A stretch of DNA of 54,783 nucleotides, taken from IMG/VR virus record IMGVR_UViG_3300023179_003650, positions 1 to 54,783 of that record; one strand, 5' to 3'. A model generated the notes under the pieces. The model was not told the DNA's origin. It searched no databases and was given only the letters and a program-made list of their open reading frames with translations. This document shows positions 1-9,518 of the stretch, in pieces (the stretch's first letter is position 1; every line of letters begins with the position of its first letter). A program made the position numbers and the translations under genes. This stretch comes from a virus (lineage: Duplodnaviria > Caudoviricetes).

Positions 1-1
1 T

Positions 2-3000
2 ACATTTGATTCAGGTACACCTGTTAGTGAATCATTTGTGAATCTAACTCCTGATTTAACAGCGTCTTTTGGAATACCCTTAAATAAAATATTTAGTGGA
101 TCATTTAATGGAAATACGTTTAGTGCTGCCGGGGCACGGACAACCCAAGGTACATATAATAATGATTTAAAGAAACTATATACATTTATATCTTTACCTA
201 ATAATGGGAATATTCCTGCTATAGCAGAAATTGATTTTAATCAATCACCACCAAAATTAATAGCTATTAATACCGGCAGCGCCGTATCAGCGGGTAGTGT
301 TATAACGTATAATAGTACCACTAAATCTGTTATACTCGGCAAGCTAAATTCATTTCAAATATTTGACGCATCGGTATCTCCAGTTAATTGGGCCTCACCT
401 GTTGCAACTTTTACACCGGCAAATAATCATTATTATATTACTAATGCTTTAGCTGTATCTAATAGTTTTTATGCCTTTGGATATTCCCCCACAACAGATT
501 TACTCTCAGTAGTTAAAATAACATCAGGTTCTAGTGGATACACAATTCAATCACAATCCTACGCACAATCATATGCAAACGGTGCCGCTTATTATGGAGT
601 ATCTAATCCATCATTTGCTTCAAGTTCAAATATAAATAAATTAATAGCTTTAGATAGATCTGATATAGGCCCTATAGGATACTCGGTTTTAGGAGGTACT
701 AATGAAACAATTGGAAGTAAACCTGCTCGAGCAGGATATGTGTATGCTATTGACACTGCTAGTTTAACAATAAGTAGTTATTATACACCATCTACTTTAA
801 TGTATATTAATGGTCCAAATAACTTAGTGGAGTTTAGATCAAAGACCGGATCATTATTATCATATGTAGACCCCGACGGTAAATTTATAGGTACTGCAAG
901 TTTAGCGAATAGATATTTAACTTCCAGTTTATCAATTTACAGCGGAAGTGCTACTCCGATTTTAATGACCCCATCAGCTTCATCTATTTGGTTTAAAGGA
1001 TCGGCAGTTACAGCTTCTATAGTTGGTACGGCGGTTACTATATCAATTGATGGTGGTGGAGGATCCGGAGTAACTATTAACAATAATATAAATGATTACT
1101 TAATTACAGCTACCGGAACTTCCAATACATTAAATGGTGAACAAAATTTAAGATTTAATGGTACTACATTATCTTTAACTGGATCAATGGTAGCATCCGG
1201 TACTGTATTTTTTCCTGCACTAACAACAACATCGCAAACAAATGTACTAACATACGATAGTAGTACCGGTCAATTATTTTATACTGCTTCATCAGCAGTA
1301 GGAGGAGGGCCAGAATCCGACCCAATATTTGTAGCAAAATCAGCTTCATTAGCAACAACAGGTTCTAATACTTTTATTGGAAATCAGACTATAACCGGAT
1401 GGGTAAGTGCATCAGCAGGATTTACCGGTTCATTATTTGGTACTGCAAGTTGGGCACAATCATCTTCAAATAGTTTAAACGCATCAACAGCTTCTTACTT
1501 ACCTGTTGGTACTTACAATATCACTGCTTCTTGGTCAATTTCAAGCAGCAATGCTTTAACTGCCTCCTTCCTTTCAACAGGTACATACAATATCACTTCA
1601 TCCTGGGCTACAAATGCAATATCATCATCGAGACCAATAACCGTAACCGGTTCAACTATATATTCAACAGCACCGCTATCAACTAATACTCCTAATACCG
1701 CCGATAGTATATTTTTAGGAAGTGGTGCCGGCAACGGAGCTACAGATGCAGCTGGATCAAACTTTTTAGGTCCTAGTGCTGGCGGTGGAGCTACAAACGC
1801 ATACGGTTCAAATTTTTTAGGTTCTAATGCCGGTGACGGAGCAACAAACGCATACGGTTCAAATTTTTTAGGTTCTAATGCTGGTGACGGAGCAGTAAAC
1901 GCAAGCAACTCAAACTTTTTAGGATATAGTGCTGGTGACGGAGCAGTAAACGCAAGCAACTCAAACTTTTTAGGTTCTAATGCCGGCGGTGGAGCTACAA
2001 ATGCATATCTATCAAACTTTTTAGGTCCTAGTGCTGGTGGTAATGCTATAGATGCCGCTGAATCAAACTTTTTAGGTTCTAATGCTGGTGGTAATGCTAC
2101 AAATGCATACTTCTCAAACTTTTTAGGTTCTGAGGCTGGATATGAAGCGACAGACGCAGCTGGATCAAACTTTTTAGGATATCTTGCTGGATATGTAGCT
2201 ACAAATGCAAACGGTTCAAACTTTTTAGGATATTATGCTGGTGTCACAGCTACAAATGCAAACTATTCAAACTTTTTAGGTTATAATGCTGGATATGAAG
2301 CGACAGACGCATACGGTTCAAACTTTTTAGGTCCTGGTGCTGGTGAAGGAGCTACAAATGCAAACTATTCAAACTTTTTAGGTCCTTATGCTGGAGCTAC
2401 AGCTATTAATGCTAATAACTCAAACTTTTTAGGCTTAGAAGCCGGATATACAGCTATTAATGCAAATTACTCAAACTTTTTAGGATATTATGCAGGTCGA
2501 GATGCTACTGAGGCATATCATTCAAATTTTTTAGGTTATCAAGCAGGTCGAGCATCATTTAGTGCATCTTACTCAGTCTTAATCGGATATCAAGCAGGAC
2601 AAGCAACTGCAGGTGGTAGTAGTATTAAAAGTAATAATATTATAATAGGTACTAATATTACTCTACCTAACGATACTCAAGATTCAATAAATTTAGGTGG
2701 GATAATATTTGCCACTGGATCATATAACAATCCAGTCGGTAATCCGTTTTCCGGATCAATGTCTAACGGTAGAGTTGGTATTAATAAAGTATTACCTGAG
2801 TATACTTTAGATGTTAGTGGTAGTGGTAATTACACTAATGGATTAAATGTAACTGGTTCTTTAATTGTAAGTGATGGTATTACTGGTTCATTATTTGGAA
2901 CATCTAGTTGGGCAATAACAGCATCACATGCACTTAATGTAACATCCCCAGGAACACCACTACCACCAGCATTAAATGTTTACATGTATTATAATTTCTC

Positions 3001-3004
3001 ATAA
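2..3004 (+). CDS. Tail fibre/adhesin-like virion protein with 17-aa repeat solenoid (5'-truncated)
   Basis: Frame is open from base 2 (TFDSGTPVSESF then the GTG at 38), so the true start lies upstream of the window. S/T/G-rich, TGSLFGT(A/S)SWA twice, SNFLGxxAG repeats, and a GRVGIN..PEYTLDVSG segment typical of fibre proteins. Confidence 0.75.
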   Translation, partial: TFDSGTPVSESFVNLTPDLTASFGIPLNKIFSGSFNGNTFSAAGARTTQGTYNNDLKKLYTFISLPNNGNIPAIAEIDFNQSPPKLIAINTGSAVSAGSVITYNSTTKSVILGKLNSFQIFDASVSPVNWASPVATFTPANNHYYITNALAVSNSFYAFGYSPTTDLLSVVKITSGSSGYTIQSQSYAQSYANGAAYYGVSNPSFASSSNINKLIALDRSDIGPIGYSVLGGTNETIGSKPARAGYVYAIDTASLTISSYYTPSTLMYINGPNNLVEFRSKTGSLLSYVDPDGKFIGTASLANRYLTSSLSIYSGSATPILMTPSASSIWFKGSAVTASIVGTAVTISIDGGGGSGVTINNNINDYLITATGTSNTLNGEQNLRFNGTTLSLTGSMVASGTVFFPALTTTSQTNVLTYDSSTGQLFYTASSAVGGGPESDPIFVAKSASLATTGSNTFIGNQTITGWVSASAGFTGSLFGTASWAQSSSNSLNASTASYLPVGTYNITASWSISSSNALTASFLSTGTYNITSSWATNAISSSRPITVTGSTIYSTAPLSTNTPNTADSIFLGSGAGNGATDAAGSNFLGPSAGGGATNAYGSNFLGSNAGDGATNAYGSNFLGSNAGDGAVNASNSNFLGYSAGDGAVNASNSNFLGSNAGGGATNAYLSNFLGPSAGGNAIDAAESNFLGSNAGGNATNAYFSNFLGSEAGYEATDAAGSNFLGYLAGYVATNANGSNFLGYYAGVTATNANYSNFLGYNAGYEATDAYGSNFLGPGAGEGATNANYSNFLGPYAGATAINANNSNFLGLEAGYTAINANYSNFLGYYAGRDATEAYHSNFLGYQAGRASFSASYSVLIGYQAGQATAGGSSIKSNNIIIGTNITLPNDTQDSINLGGIIFATGSYNNPVGNPFSGSMSNGRVGINKVLPEYTLDVSGSGNYTNGLNVTGSLIVSDGITGSLFGTSSWAITASHALNVTSPGTPLPPALNVYMYYNFS
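1706..2623 (+). repeat. In-frame tandem repeat, 51-bp/17-aa unit, 18 units
   Basis: TCAAAYTTTTTAGG recurs every 51 nt from 1757 to 2522 (16 SNFLG units), flanked by degenerate SIFLG (1706) and SVLIG (2573) units. Confidence 0.95.
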
Positions 3005-3016
3005 CAAAATAACAAT

Positions 3017-3451
3017 ATGGCACAAAACACATCACCAATCTTTGTACTAACACCTGATATAGGTACAGTAAGGTTAACAGCATCGTCCTCGGCAAGAGAT
3101 GGTTCTGTACAGTCAGTAAGTGGACTTTTCTTAGCAGGCCCATCAGGCTCTAGAGTAGAATCTGTTACATTTACAACAGCAACAACAGGGCAAACCACAG
3201 TAAACTCTGCGATGGTAGGTCGATTATATTACGCACCAGTTGCAGGAAGCGCTCAATCAAATTTAAGACTATTACAAGAGGTGGCAATAGCCGCGGTTAC
3301 GCCATCAGTATCAGCAATTGGTGCGACACAAACAATGTTTTTTCCTGGAGGCTTAATTTTGCCGGCAGGCAGCGCATTATCATGCTCAATATCAGCATAT
3401 GCTGGTAATCAGGATGCTACTGATGTTATAGCTCGAGGGGGTGATTATTAA
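3017..3451 (+). CDS. Small putative virion protein associated with the tail fibre
   Basis: 144-aa A/S/T-rich, beta-rich ORF directly after the fibre gene; TAATG coupling to the next gene. Confidence 0.55.
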   Translation: MAQNTSPIFVLTPDIGTVRLTASSSARDGSVQSVSGLFLAGPSGSRVESVTFTTATTGQTTVNSAMVGRLYYAPVAGSAQSNLRLLQEVAIAAVTPSVSAIGATQTMFFPGGLILPAGSALSCSISAYAGNQDATDVIARGGDY

Positions 3452-4638
3452 TGGCATTATTTAATGATTTGGCATATGGTACACCTGTGGGTGAGCAAGA
3501 TAAACCATCGACAGGATATGGAGCATCGGTAGGATCTCCACAGGAGATGGCTTATGGATTTCCGTCACCTACAAATGCATATGTTGATGTTCTAAATGAG
3601 ATGCGTGCTATTGTGCGAGAAAATTCTGGTAATGCTAATCGATTGCCAACAATTACAAGAATAGGCTCAGGAACAACTACAAATTCATATTTTGGCGGTG
3701 TATTGGCTAGAAATGGTAGAATATATTGTGCACCGTCCACTGCAACCAATGTAATGGAAATTGATCCAATTCGTCGTACATTGACAACCTTTGGAACAGT
3801 TGCAGCCGGCGCTGCTAAGTACGCGGGAGGAGCATTAGGCCAAAATGGTAAAATATATTGTGCGCCTCTACTAGCAACGACAGTGTTAGAAATTGATCCG
3901 GATAGAAGAATAGTCTCTACTTTTGGAAATACTACCGGTTTTGGATATCAAGCAGGAGCCATTACACTGCCAAATGGTACAATTCTATGTGCTCCAGATA
4001 ACGGTGGAGTTAATAATGCAGCACTGTTAATAAATCCAACAAACAGAACAATTAGCAGATTTATATCACCACCAGCCGGAACTCAGTTACCCCAAGTAAT
4101 CGGCATTCAATTACATCCCCTTGGTATAGCAGTATGCGGCCCGCAAACGTCAAACACAATGTTGATTATCGACATAAATAATGGCACATATGTAACTGGT
4201 AGCGGTCCGTTAACACCGACTAACGGAGATTGGAATGCCGGAGCATTAGCCGCAAACGGAAATATTTATTTTGTACCACTTCAGAATCCAACAAGTGTCA
4301 TAGAATTCAATCCATACAGACGCATTGTTACTCAATTTGGAAGTATAACACCGAGCGGTACGCAAAAATATGGAAGCGCGTGTTTATCGCCCGATGGAAA
4401 CATATATGCAGCTGGTAACACCGGTGTAGTTTTAAGAATAAATGTGTATAATAGAACTGTATCAACATTTGGTTCTATTCCGGGAGTAATTCGCGGACTT
4501 ACCATGGCATTAAACGGTAAAATGTATGCAATTCCAACGACAGTTGGAGCTCCAGGGGGTACTTATGAGTTAGATTTTACTTATTTAAAAAAATTCAGTG
4601 ATAACCTAGTGTTATCAACTTACATAAACAACTACTAA
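3451..4638 (+). CDS. Beta-propeller repeat protein, putative receptor-binding/virion protein
   Basis: About 42-aa repeats of the form Y/W-xGGxLxxNGxIYCxP...VLEIDP..R.VxTFG. Confidence 0.65.
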   Translation: MALFNDLAYGTPVGEQDKPSTGYGASVGSPQEMAYGFPSPTNAYVDVLNEMRAIVRENSGNANRLPTITRIGSGTTTNSYFGGVLARNGRIYCAPSTATNVMEIDPIRRTLTTFGTVAAGAAKYAGGALGQNGKIYCAPLLATTVLEIDPDRRIVSTFGNTTGFGYQAGAITLPNGTILCAPDNGGVNNAALLINPTNRTISRFISPPAGTQLPQVIGIQLHPLGIAVCGPQTSNTMLIIDINNGTYVTGSGPLTPTNGDWNAGALAANGNIYFVPLQNPTSVIEFNPYRRIVTQFGSITPSGTQKYGSACLSPDGNIYAAGNTGVVLRINVYNRTVSTFGSIPGVIRGLTMALNGKMYAIPTTVGAPGGTYELDFTYLKKFSDNLVLSTYINNY

Positions 4639-4650
4639 AAAATAAAAGTT

Positions 4651-4869
4651 ATGAATGATTTAATCTATTTAGTTTGTCCAAACGACAACGTATCTAACAG
4701 CATCATTGATCAGGTGCGAGCAGAAAATTACAATAATTGGATAACAGTGCATTACCATCCAACAAACGGTTCGGTGGCATTGGGATTGCCAGGTTATGAT
4801 CAATATCAAAAATTCGGATTGCCAGAACTTATTGGTACTGGATCTTTGGCTAATGCCGGATACAATTAA
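4651..4869 (+). CDS. Hypothetical protein
   Basis: 72-aa ORF with an A-rich start context at the end of the fibre cluster. Confidence 0.6.
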   Translation: MNDLIYLVCPNDNVSNSIIDQVRAENYNNWITVHYHPTNGSVALGLPGYDQYQKFGLPELIGTGSLANAGYN

Positions 4870-4918
4870 TTGTTTTGTAATTAATGAAACTATTTATTAC
4901 AAGAAACGTTTAATTTAA

Positions 4919-4950
4919 TTTGTATTTTTCAAAATATATTCTTATTTTTA
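4919..4950 (+). promoter_or_regulatory. Bacteroidota-type housekeeping promoter-like site
   Basis: TTTG(4919)-N20-TAttTTTA(4943), compared with the Bacteroidetes consensus TTTG-N19-21-TAnnTTTG. Confidence 0.55.
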
Positions 4951-4969
4951 TGAAGTAAAATAATAATAT

Positions 4970-5293
4970 ATGAAAGCACATCAAAAAATTCTTAAGAAAT
5001 ATCCAACGGCTAAATTATATACTGCTACAAATGGATATTTTATCGGTTACGAAACGGAAGATGGTAATTTAGTTAATATTCTGTCCGATTTACTGTTACC
5101 CAATCAGTCTACAAAAGAACAGGCCTGGGACTCTGCTTTATTATCGGTTAAAACATCTCAAAATTTTAATAGAACGCATCCATTAAGAGTAGATATGTAT
5201 TCTGAATTAGATAAGCAAGATCGTATTGAAACCCGTAAAAATAAAGGTAAAATTTCTAAAGAAAAATCTAACCGAGAGTATATTTATTTTTAA
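4970..5293 (+). CDS. Hypothetical protein
   Basis: 107-aa ORF downstream of the promoter-like site; no recognisable motif. Confidence 0.7.
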   Translation: MKAHQKILKKYPTAKLYTATNGYFIGYETEDGNLVNILSDLLLPNQSTKEQAWDSALLSVKTSQNFNRTHPLRVDMYSELDKQDRIETRKNKGKISKEKSNREYIYF

Positions 5294-5302
5294 ATAAAGG
5301 TT

Positions 5303-5932
5303 TTGAAAAACATATTTTCTATATTCAAAAAGAAAAAATCCGTCACGACGGAAACCGTTCCTGATACGTTTTTACAGGATGACTCTATACTAGTAGGTTA
5401 TTCGAATATTAACGAACAAATCTTAACGTACGGATCAGCACTTACTTTTTTTAATGTCAATCAATCAGTTTTGGATGTCGGCTGCGGTCGTGGGGATTTA
5501 TTTGCATATATTAAAGAACAATACGAAGATGTATTTTTAGATTCAAATTATTATGGAATTGATAATAATGAAATTGTTCTTAATGCGGGTAAAGAAAAAT
5601 ATAATATAGATAATATACATTTACAAGATTTTACTACGTTTAAAACTAATAACAAATATAATTGGGTAGTAGCTTGTAATTATTTTCTCGATCCTTTAGA
5701 TGATCAATATACTCGACTATTTAAGTCAGTAGATAAAATGTATAATATATGTAATTTTGCAGTTGCATTTAATGTAATTACAAACCAAGCAGATGTACAA
5801 GAAGATCAAATAACTTCATATTCTATATATGATGCAGGTAAAATATTAAATCACTTATTAACGACATATAAAAAAGTTATTGTACGCGCCGATTATTTAT
5901 TAGGCGATACAATGTTCTACGTATTTAAATAA
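5303..5932 (+). CDS. Class I SAM-dependent methyltransferase
   Basis: Motif I VLDVGCGRG, acidic motif II YYGID; TTG start. Confidence 0.85.
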   Translation: MKNIFSIFKKKKSVTTETVPDTFLQDDSILVGYSNINEQILTYGSALTFFNVNQSVLDVGCGRGDLFAYIKEQYEDVFLDSNYYGIDNNEIVLNAGKEKYNIDNIHLQDFTTFKTNNKYNWVVACNYFLDPLDDQYTRLFKSVDKMYNICNFAVAFNVITNQADVQEDQITSYSIYDAGKILNHLLTTYKKVIVRADYLLGDTMFYVFK

Positions 5933-5943
5933 ACTATAAAATT

Positions 5944-6249
5944 ATGGACGATTACAACAGCTCATACGTTAATCATTCATTCGCGGTTAGCGATGAAAAA
6001 AAACAAGATGTAAGAAAAGGAAAATTTTTCTGGCATATTGATTTTGAATTTACTAATTATTTAACTGAACAAAATACTGCATACGGAGAAAATCCTACAG
6101 TAGGTAATTTAATTGTAGGTTCACATAAAATGCCGATTACATTATCCGAAGTAAATAAATTAATTGAAACATTACATGACGTTAAATTAACTTACGATCA
6201 GAAAAGAAAATTAAAAATGTACGATTTACCTAAAAAGAATAAGGAATAA
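5944..6249 (+). CDS. Hypothetical protein
   Basis: 101-aa ORF in a tightly packed operon. Confidence 0.7.
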   Translation: MDDYNSSYVNHSFAVSDEKKQDVRKGKFFWHIDFEFTNYLTEQNTAYGENPTVGNLIVGSHKMPITLSEVNKLIETLHDVKLTYDQKRKLKMYDLPKKNKE

Positions 6250-6250
6250 T

Positions 6251-6535
6251 ATGGAACTATTAATTTTAAGTATTATAACAGTATTTAGTGTTATTATTAA
6301 TACTGTATTATATAGAAAATATACTAATACAAAACGGCATTTATTCGAGGCAGAAGACCGTATTGAAGATCTAGATATGGTAGTAGCTGCATTGCAATCT
6401 GTTCAAGTAATGAACGATGCATCGAAGCCCAAGAAAAAACCTTCGAAAAAAGTTTCGAAACCTGCAGTTAAATCGAAACATAAAAAGGAAGTAGCTACAG
6501 CGCCAAAAAAGCGTGGACGGAAGCCGAACTCATAA
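6251..6535 (+). CDS. Small membrane-anchored basic protein
   Basis: N-terminal hydrophobic helix, short coiled coil, Lys-rich tail ending KKRGRKP. Confidence 0.7.
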   Translation: MELLILSIITVFSVIINTVLYRKYTNTKRHLFEAEDRIEDLDMVVAALQSVQVMNDASKPKKKPSKKVSKPAVKSKHKKEVATAPKKRGRKPNS

Positions 6536-6547
6536 TTAAACAAGAAT

Positions 6548-6565
6548 TTGTATCCATGGATACAA
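6548..6565. repeat. Perfect 18-bp palindrome TTGTATCCATGGATACAA
   Basis: Read directly; followed by the 8-bp palindrome TAGGCCTA (6567-6574). Confidence 0.9.
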
Positions 6566-6591
6566 CTAGGCCTATTATTTACAAAATAAAA

Positions 6592-6623
6592 TTTGGAAAA
6601 TTGAAAAAAATCATATAAATTTA
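6592..6623 (+). promoter_or_regulatory. Bacteroidota-type promoter-like site
   Basis: TTTG(6592)-N20-TAaaTTTA(6616). Confidence 0.5.
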
Positions 6624-6714
6624 TATAAATAATTAATATTAATAAATTATATAATTAATATAATATAATATAAAATAAAATAAATTATAAATAATTAATA
6701 AAATATTTATATAT
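6613..6714. other. About 100-nt stretch with no G or C
   Basis: Only A/T between C6612 and G6715. Confidence 0.85.
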
Positions 6715-7168
6715 GAATATGCCATTTGACAGTTTCCATATCGATAGTTCGGAATATGACTTTTATATGTCATTACCAGAAGACGAAAAACTTCTGTTTT
6801 TATATGACCTTATTTGTACGAATTATTACGATTCAGAAATTTCTGACTTTCCTTCGATTGACCAAGAATCTTTTTCTACTAATATTAATAGTAATTCGTA
6901 TAGAGAAGTTATTTCTAAAGTATTAGATCAAGCCATTGATTATAATTCTCAAGTTAATGTAATTTTCATCAATGAATTAGTTATATTCAACTCATATTCT
7001 AGAAAATATATGGCCTACGCAATTTTAGATATGTCTTTAGAAGGCGTAATTTTAGATAAAATTTCAATACCAGAGAATTTAATATCAGTTTTTAAAAAAC
7101 AAGAATATTGTGAAGTATATAAAGTGTTAGATATTGCTAATCCTATTGTACCAAAAGACAATGTTTAA
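6713..7168 (+). CDS. Hypothetical acidic protein
   Basis: 151-aa ORF; the start may be the second Met at 6719. Confidence 0.65.
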   Translation: MNMPFDSFHIDSSEYDFYMSLPEDEKLLFLYDLICTNYYDSEISDFPSIDQESFSTNINSNSYREVISKVLDQAIDYNSQVNVIFINELVIFNSYSRKYMAYAILDMSLEGVILDKISIPENLISVFKKQEYCEVYKVLDIANPIVPKDNV

Positions 7169-7349
7169 AAAAGAAATTATTACGGTTAAAGACACTCTTT
7201 ATATCGTTAAACGTAAAGTTAAAAAAGATTTAGAACCAGTAGTAGAAGTTTGGAAAGAACACTTACATTGCGATATTGTTTTTCATAAAGATGAAATATA
7301 TTATTTTTGTCAAAAAATAGACGAAGCTCAAATCATAGAAAATGAATAA
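7161..7349 (+). CDS. Hypothetical protein
   Basis: ORF track start is 7134; ATG at 7161 (MFKKEII) overlaps the upstream stop and is more likely. Confidence 0.6.
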   Translation: MFKKEIITVKDTLYIVKRKVKKDLEPVVEVWKEHLHCDIVFHKDEIYYFCQKIDEAQIIENE

Positions 7350-8253
7350 TTTAGGGTATGCCTGTATTAATATGACCTTAGGTAAAAAAGGTATATTAAC
7401 GGGACGCGCGATGCGCAAATCGACGTTAGATGCTAAAGGACTTCCATACGCATCTCAGTTAGCGTTAGCTAACGCAAAGGATCTACGATCGATATTGGAA
7501 TGGAATGTAAATAATAATATAAATTTTTTTCGAATAGGTAGCGATTTATTTCCTTGGGGTAATAAAATTGATATTAAACAATTACCTGATTACAATGAAA
7601 TAGTTAAAGTACTTAATGATTGCGGCGATTATGCACGTATTAATAATATACGTTTAACTACTCATCCCGGTCCATTTAATTTATTAGCATCCGATAAAGA
7701 AGATGTAATTCAAAATACTATTTTAGATTTAGAAATGCATTCGACTTTATTTGATTTACTTAAATTAGATGAAACGCCGTTTAATAAAATTAATATTCAT
7801 GTAGGCGCTACGTATGGGAATAAAGAAGTTGCTATACATAGATGGAAACAGAATTTTAAACGTTTATCTTTATCGTGCCAAAAACGATTAACATTAGAAA
7901 ATGATGATAAAGAAAGTATGTATTCCGTTAAAGATTTATATGATTCGGTTTATCAAGATTTAGGAATTCCTATAGTATTTGATATTCATCATCATGATTT
8001 TAATACGGGTGGAATGTCTCATAAAGAAGCAATGGCATTAGCAGGTAGTACATGGCCTAAAAATATTCGACCGGTAGTACATTATTCGGAATCTAAAGCG
8101 TTACATGAAAATAATAGTAAAATAAAATTGCAAGCACATTCCGATTTTATATCGAATTATATTCAAACATATGATAATGATGTTGATGTTATGATCGAAG
8201 CAAAAGCGAAAGAGCTTGCATTATTAGAATATCGTAAAAAGTATAATATTTGA
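7342..8253 (+). CDS. uvsE: UV-damage endonuclease (UvsE/UVDE family)
   Basis: LGYACIN, FFRIGSDLFP, RLTTHPGPF, INIHVG, LENDD, FDIHHH, HYSES, AHSDF and MIEAKAKE motifs. Confidence 0.93.
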   Translation: MNNLGYACINMTLGKKGILTGRAMRKSTLDAKGLPYASQLALANAKDLRSILEWNVNNNINFFRIGSDLFPWGNKIDIKQLPDYNEIVKVLNDCGDYARINNIRLTTHPGPFNLLASDKEDVIQNTILDLEMHSTLFDLLKLDETPFNKINIHVGATYGNKEVAIHRWKQNFKRLSLSCQKRLTLENDDKESMYSVKDLYDSVYQDLGIPIVFDIHHHDFNTGGMSHKEAMALAGSTWPKNIRPVVHYSESKALHENNSKIKLQAHSDFISNYIQTYDNDVDVMIEAKAKELALLEYRKKYNI

Positions 8254-8278
8254 TATTTATAAAATAAAAACAACCAAT

Positions 8279-8461
8279 ATGAGAAATAAAAGAAACACAA
8301 TAGAAAAATTAGAAGCCCAGACTACTAAATTAAATACACTTAAAAAACGTATAGAAAATTCTGACATTAGCGGCGCCGAAGCTGTTAAAGTATTAGAATA
8401 TATTAACAAGGATTTATCGTATATTATTGAACGTTTAGAATTAGAATATGATGAAAGATGA
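8279..8461 (+). CDS. Small coiled-coil hypothetical protein
   Basis: 60-aa ORF preceded by TATTTATA (8254). Confidence 0.6.
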   Translation: MRNKRNTIEKLEAQTTKLNTLKKRIENSDISGAEAVKVLEYINKDLSYIIERLELEYDER

Positions 8462-9513
8462 ATAAACCAACGTTAAAAATATTATTAGGATTATTAGCAT
8501 TTTTATTAGCAGGTTGTGCTGGGTTCTTTTCAATAACTGGATTATCCATGTTATTTGCGGGCGCGGCATTACCTGTTATCATTATGGCCGGGGCATTAGA
8601 ATTTTCTAAATTAGTAGCGGCTTCGTTCCTTTATCAATACTGGAAAAAAATAAGCTTTGTTCTTAAAACGTATTTAACTATTGCAGTGGTTATTTTAGCA
8701 ATTATAACCTCTATGGGTATATATGGATTTTTATCTAATGCATATCAGCAAACGAAAATAGAATATAATTTAGCTAAAACATCGACAGATAGTTTAACGA
8801 ATAAAAAATCTTCATTTGAATTTCAAATATCTAATTTAAATAAACAGTTAGACCTTAAAAATAAACAATTAGAAGGATTAAATTCAAATTCAAAAACTAG
8901 CGATCAAGTATTAAGTACATTAGCTACGAACAATAGAAGTATAAATTCTATATCTAAAAATTTGGCACGTACTCAGGCAGAAATAAGTAAACTTAATTCG
9001 AATATAGATACAATTTTAAATAAAATTACAGTCTTACAAGATTCAGTATATACATATGATGTAGCTATTAAAGGCTCTGCCTTAAATGCTTCTAAAACAT
9101 CTGAATTAGGGCCATTAGAATATCTTTCAAACGTATCGAATGCTGATATGGATAAAGTAGTCAATTGGTTTATTTTATTATTTGTAATTGTATTCGATCC
9201 ATTGGCAATGGCATTATTAATTGCATTTAATTTTTTATCAAAAAAAGATGATACAATTGAAAATTCAATTGGTTCTTTATCAATTAATGAACCATTAGAT
9301 ACTGTATTAGACGATCGTATACAGCCTGAAATATTAGATCAACCTACTATATCTGAAGTTGAAGAAACTGAGGTTAAACAAAATGAAACGCCGGAAATTA
9401 TTAAAGATAATATAGTAGTAGAAAGTATATATGAAGAATCGAAAGAAAATAATTCGATTGATATAAAAAATATGCGTAATAAAATAGGTTATGCAGGCGG
9501 AATTTCAAATTAA
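8458..9513 (+). CDS. Multi-pass membrane protein with long coiled coil
   Basis: Three N-terminal hydrophobic helices, a long heptad region, another TM segment (WFILLFVIVFDPLAMALLIAF) and an acidic tail. Confidence 0.75.
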   Translation: MNKPTLKILLGLLAFLLAGCAGFFSITGLSMLFAGAALPVIIMAGALEFSKLVAASFLYQYWKKISFVLKTYLTIAVVILAIITSMGIYGFLSNAYQQTKIEYNLAKTSTDSLTNKKSSFEFQISNLNKQLDLKNKQLEGLNSNSKTSDQVLSTLATNNRSINSISKNLARTQAEISKLNSNIDTILNKITVLQDSVYTYDVAIKGSALNASKTSELGPLEYLSNVSNADMDKVVNWFILLFVIVFDPLAMALLIAFNFLSKKDDTIENSIGSLSINEPLDTVLDDRIQPEILDQPTISEVEETEVKQNETPEIIKDNIVVESIYEESKENNSIDIKNMRNKIGYAGGISN

Positions 9514-9518
9514 TTTAT

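Noticed and set aside
1757-2572. CRISPR-like pattern (14-nt repeat, 37-nt spacers)
   Set aside because: The period is exactly 17 codons inside an open frame, the spacers are similar to each other, the repeat is too short, and no cas genes are present.
1706-2623. Diversity-generating retroelement target
   Set aside because: No reverse transcriptase and no template/variable repeat pair with adenine-specific differences seen in the window.
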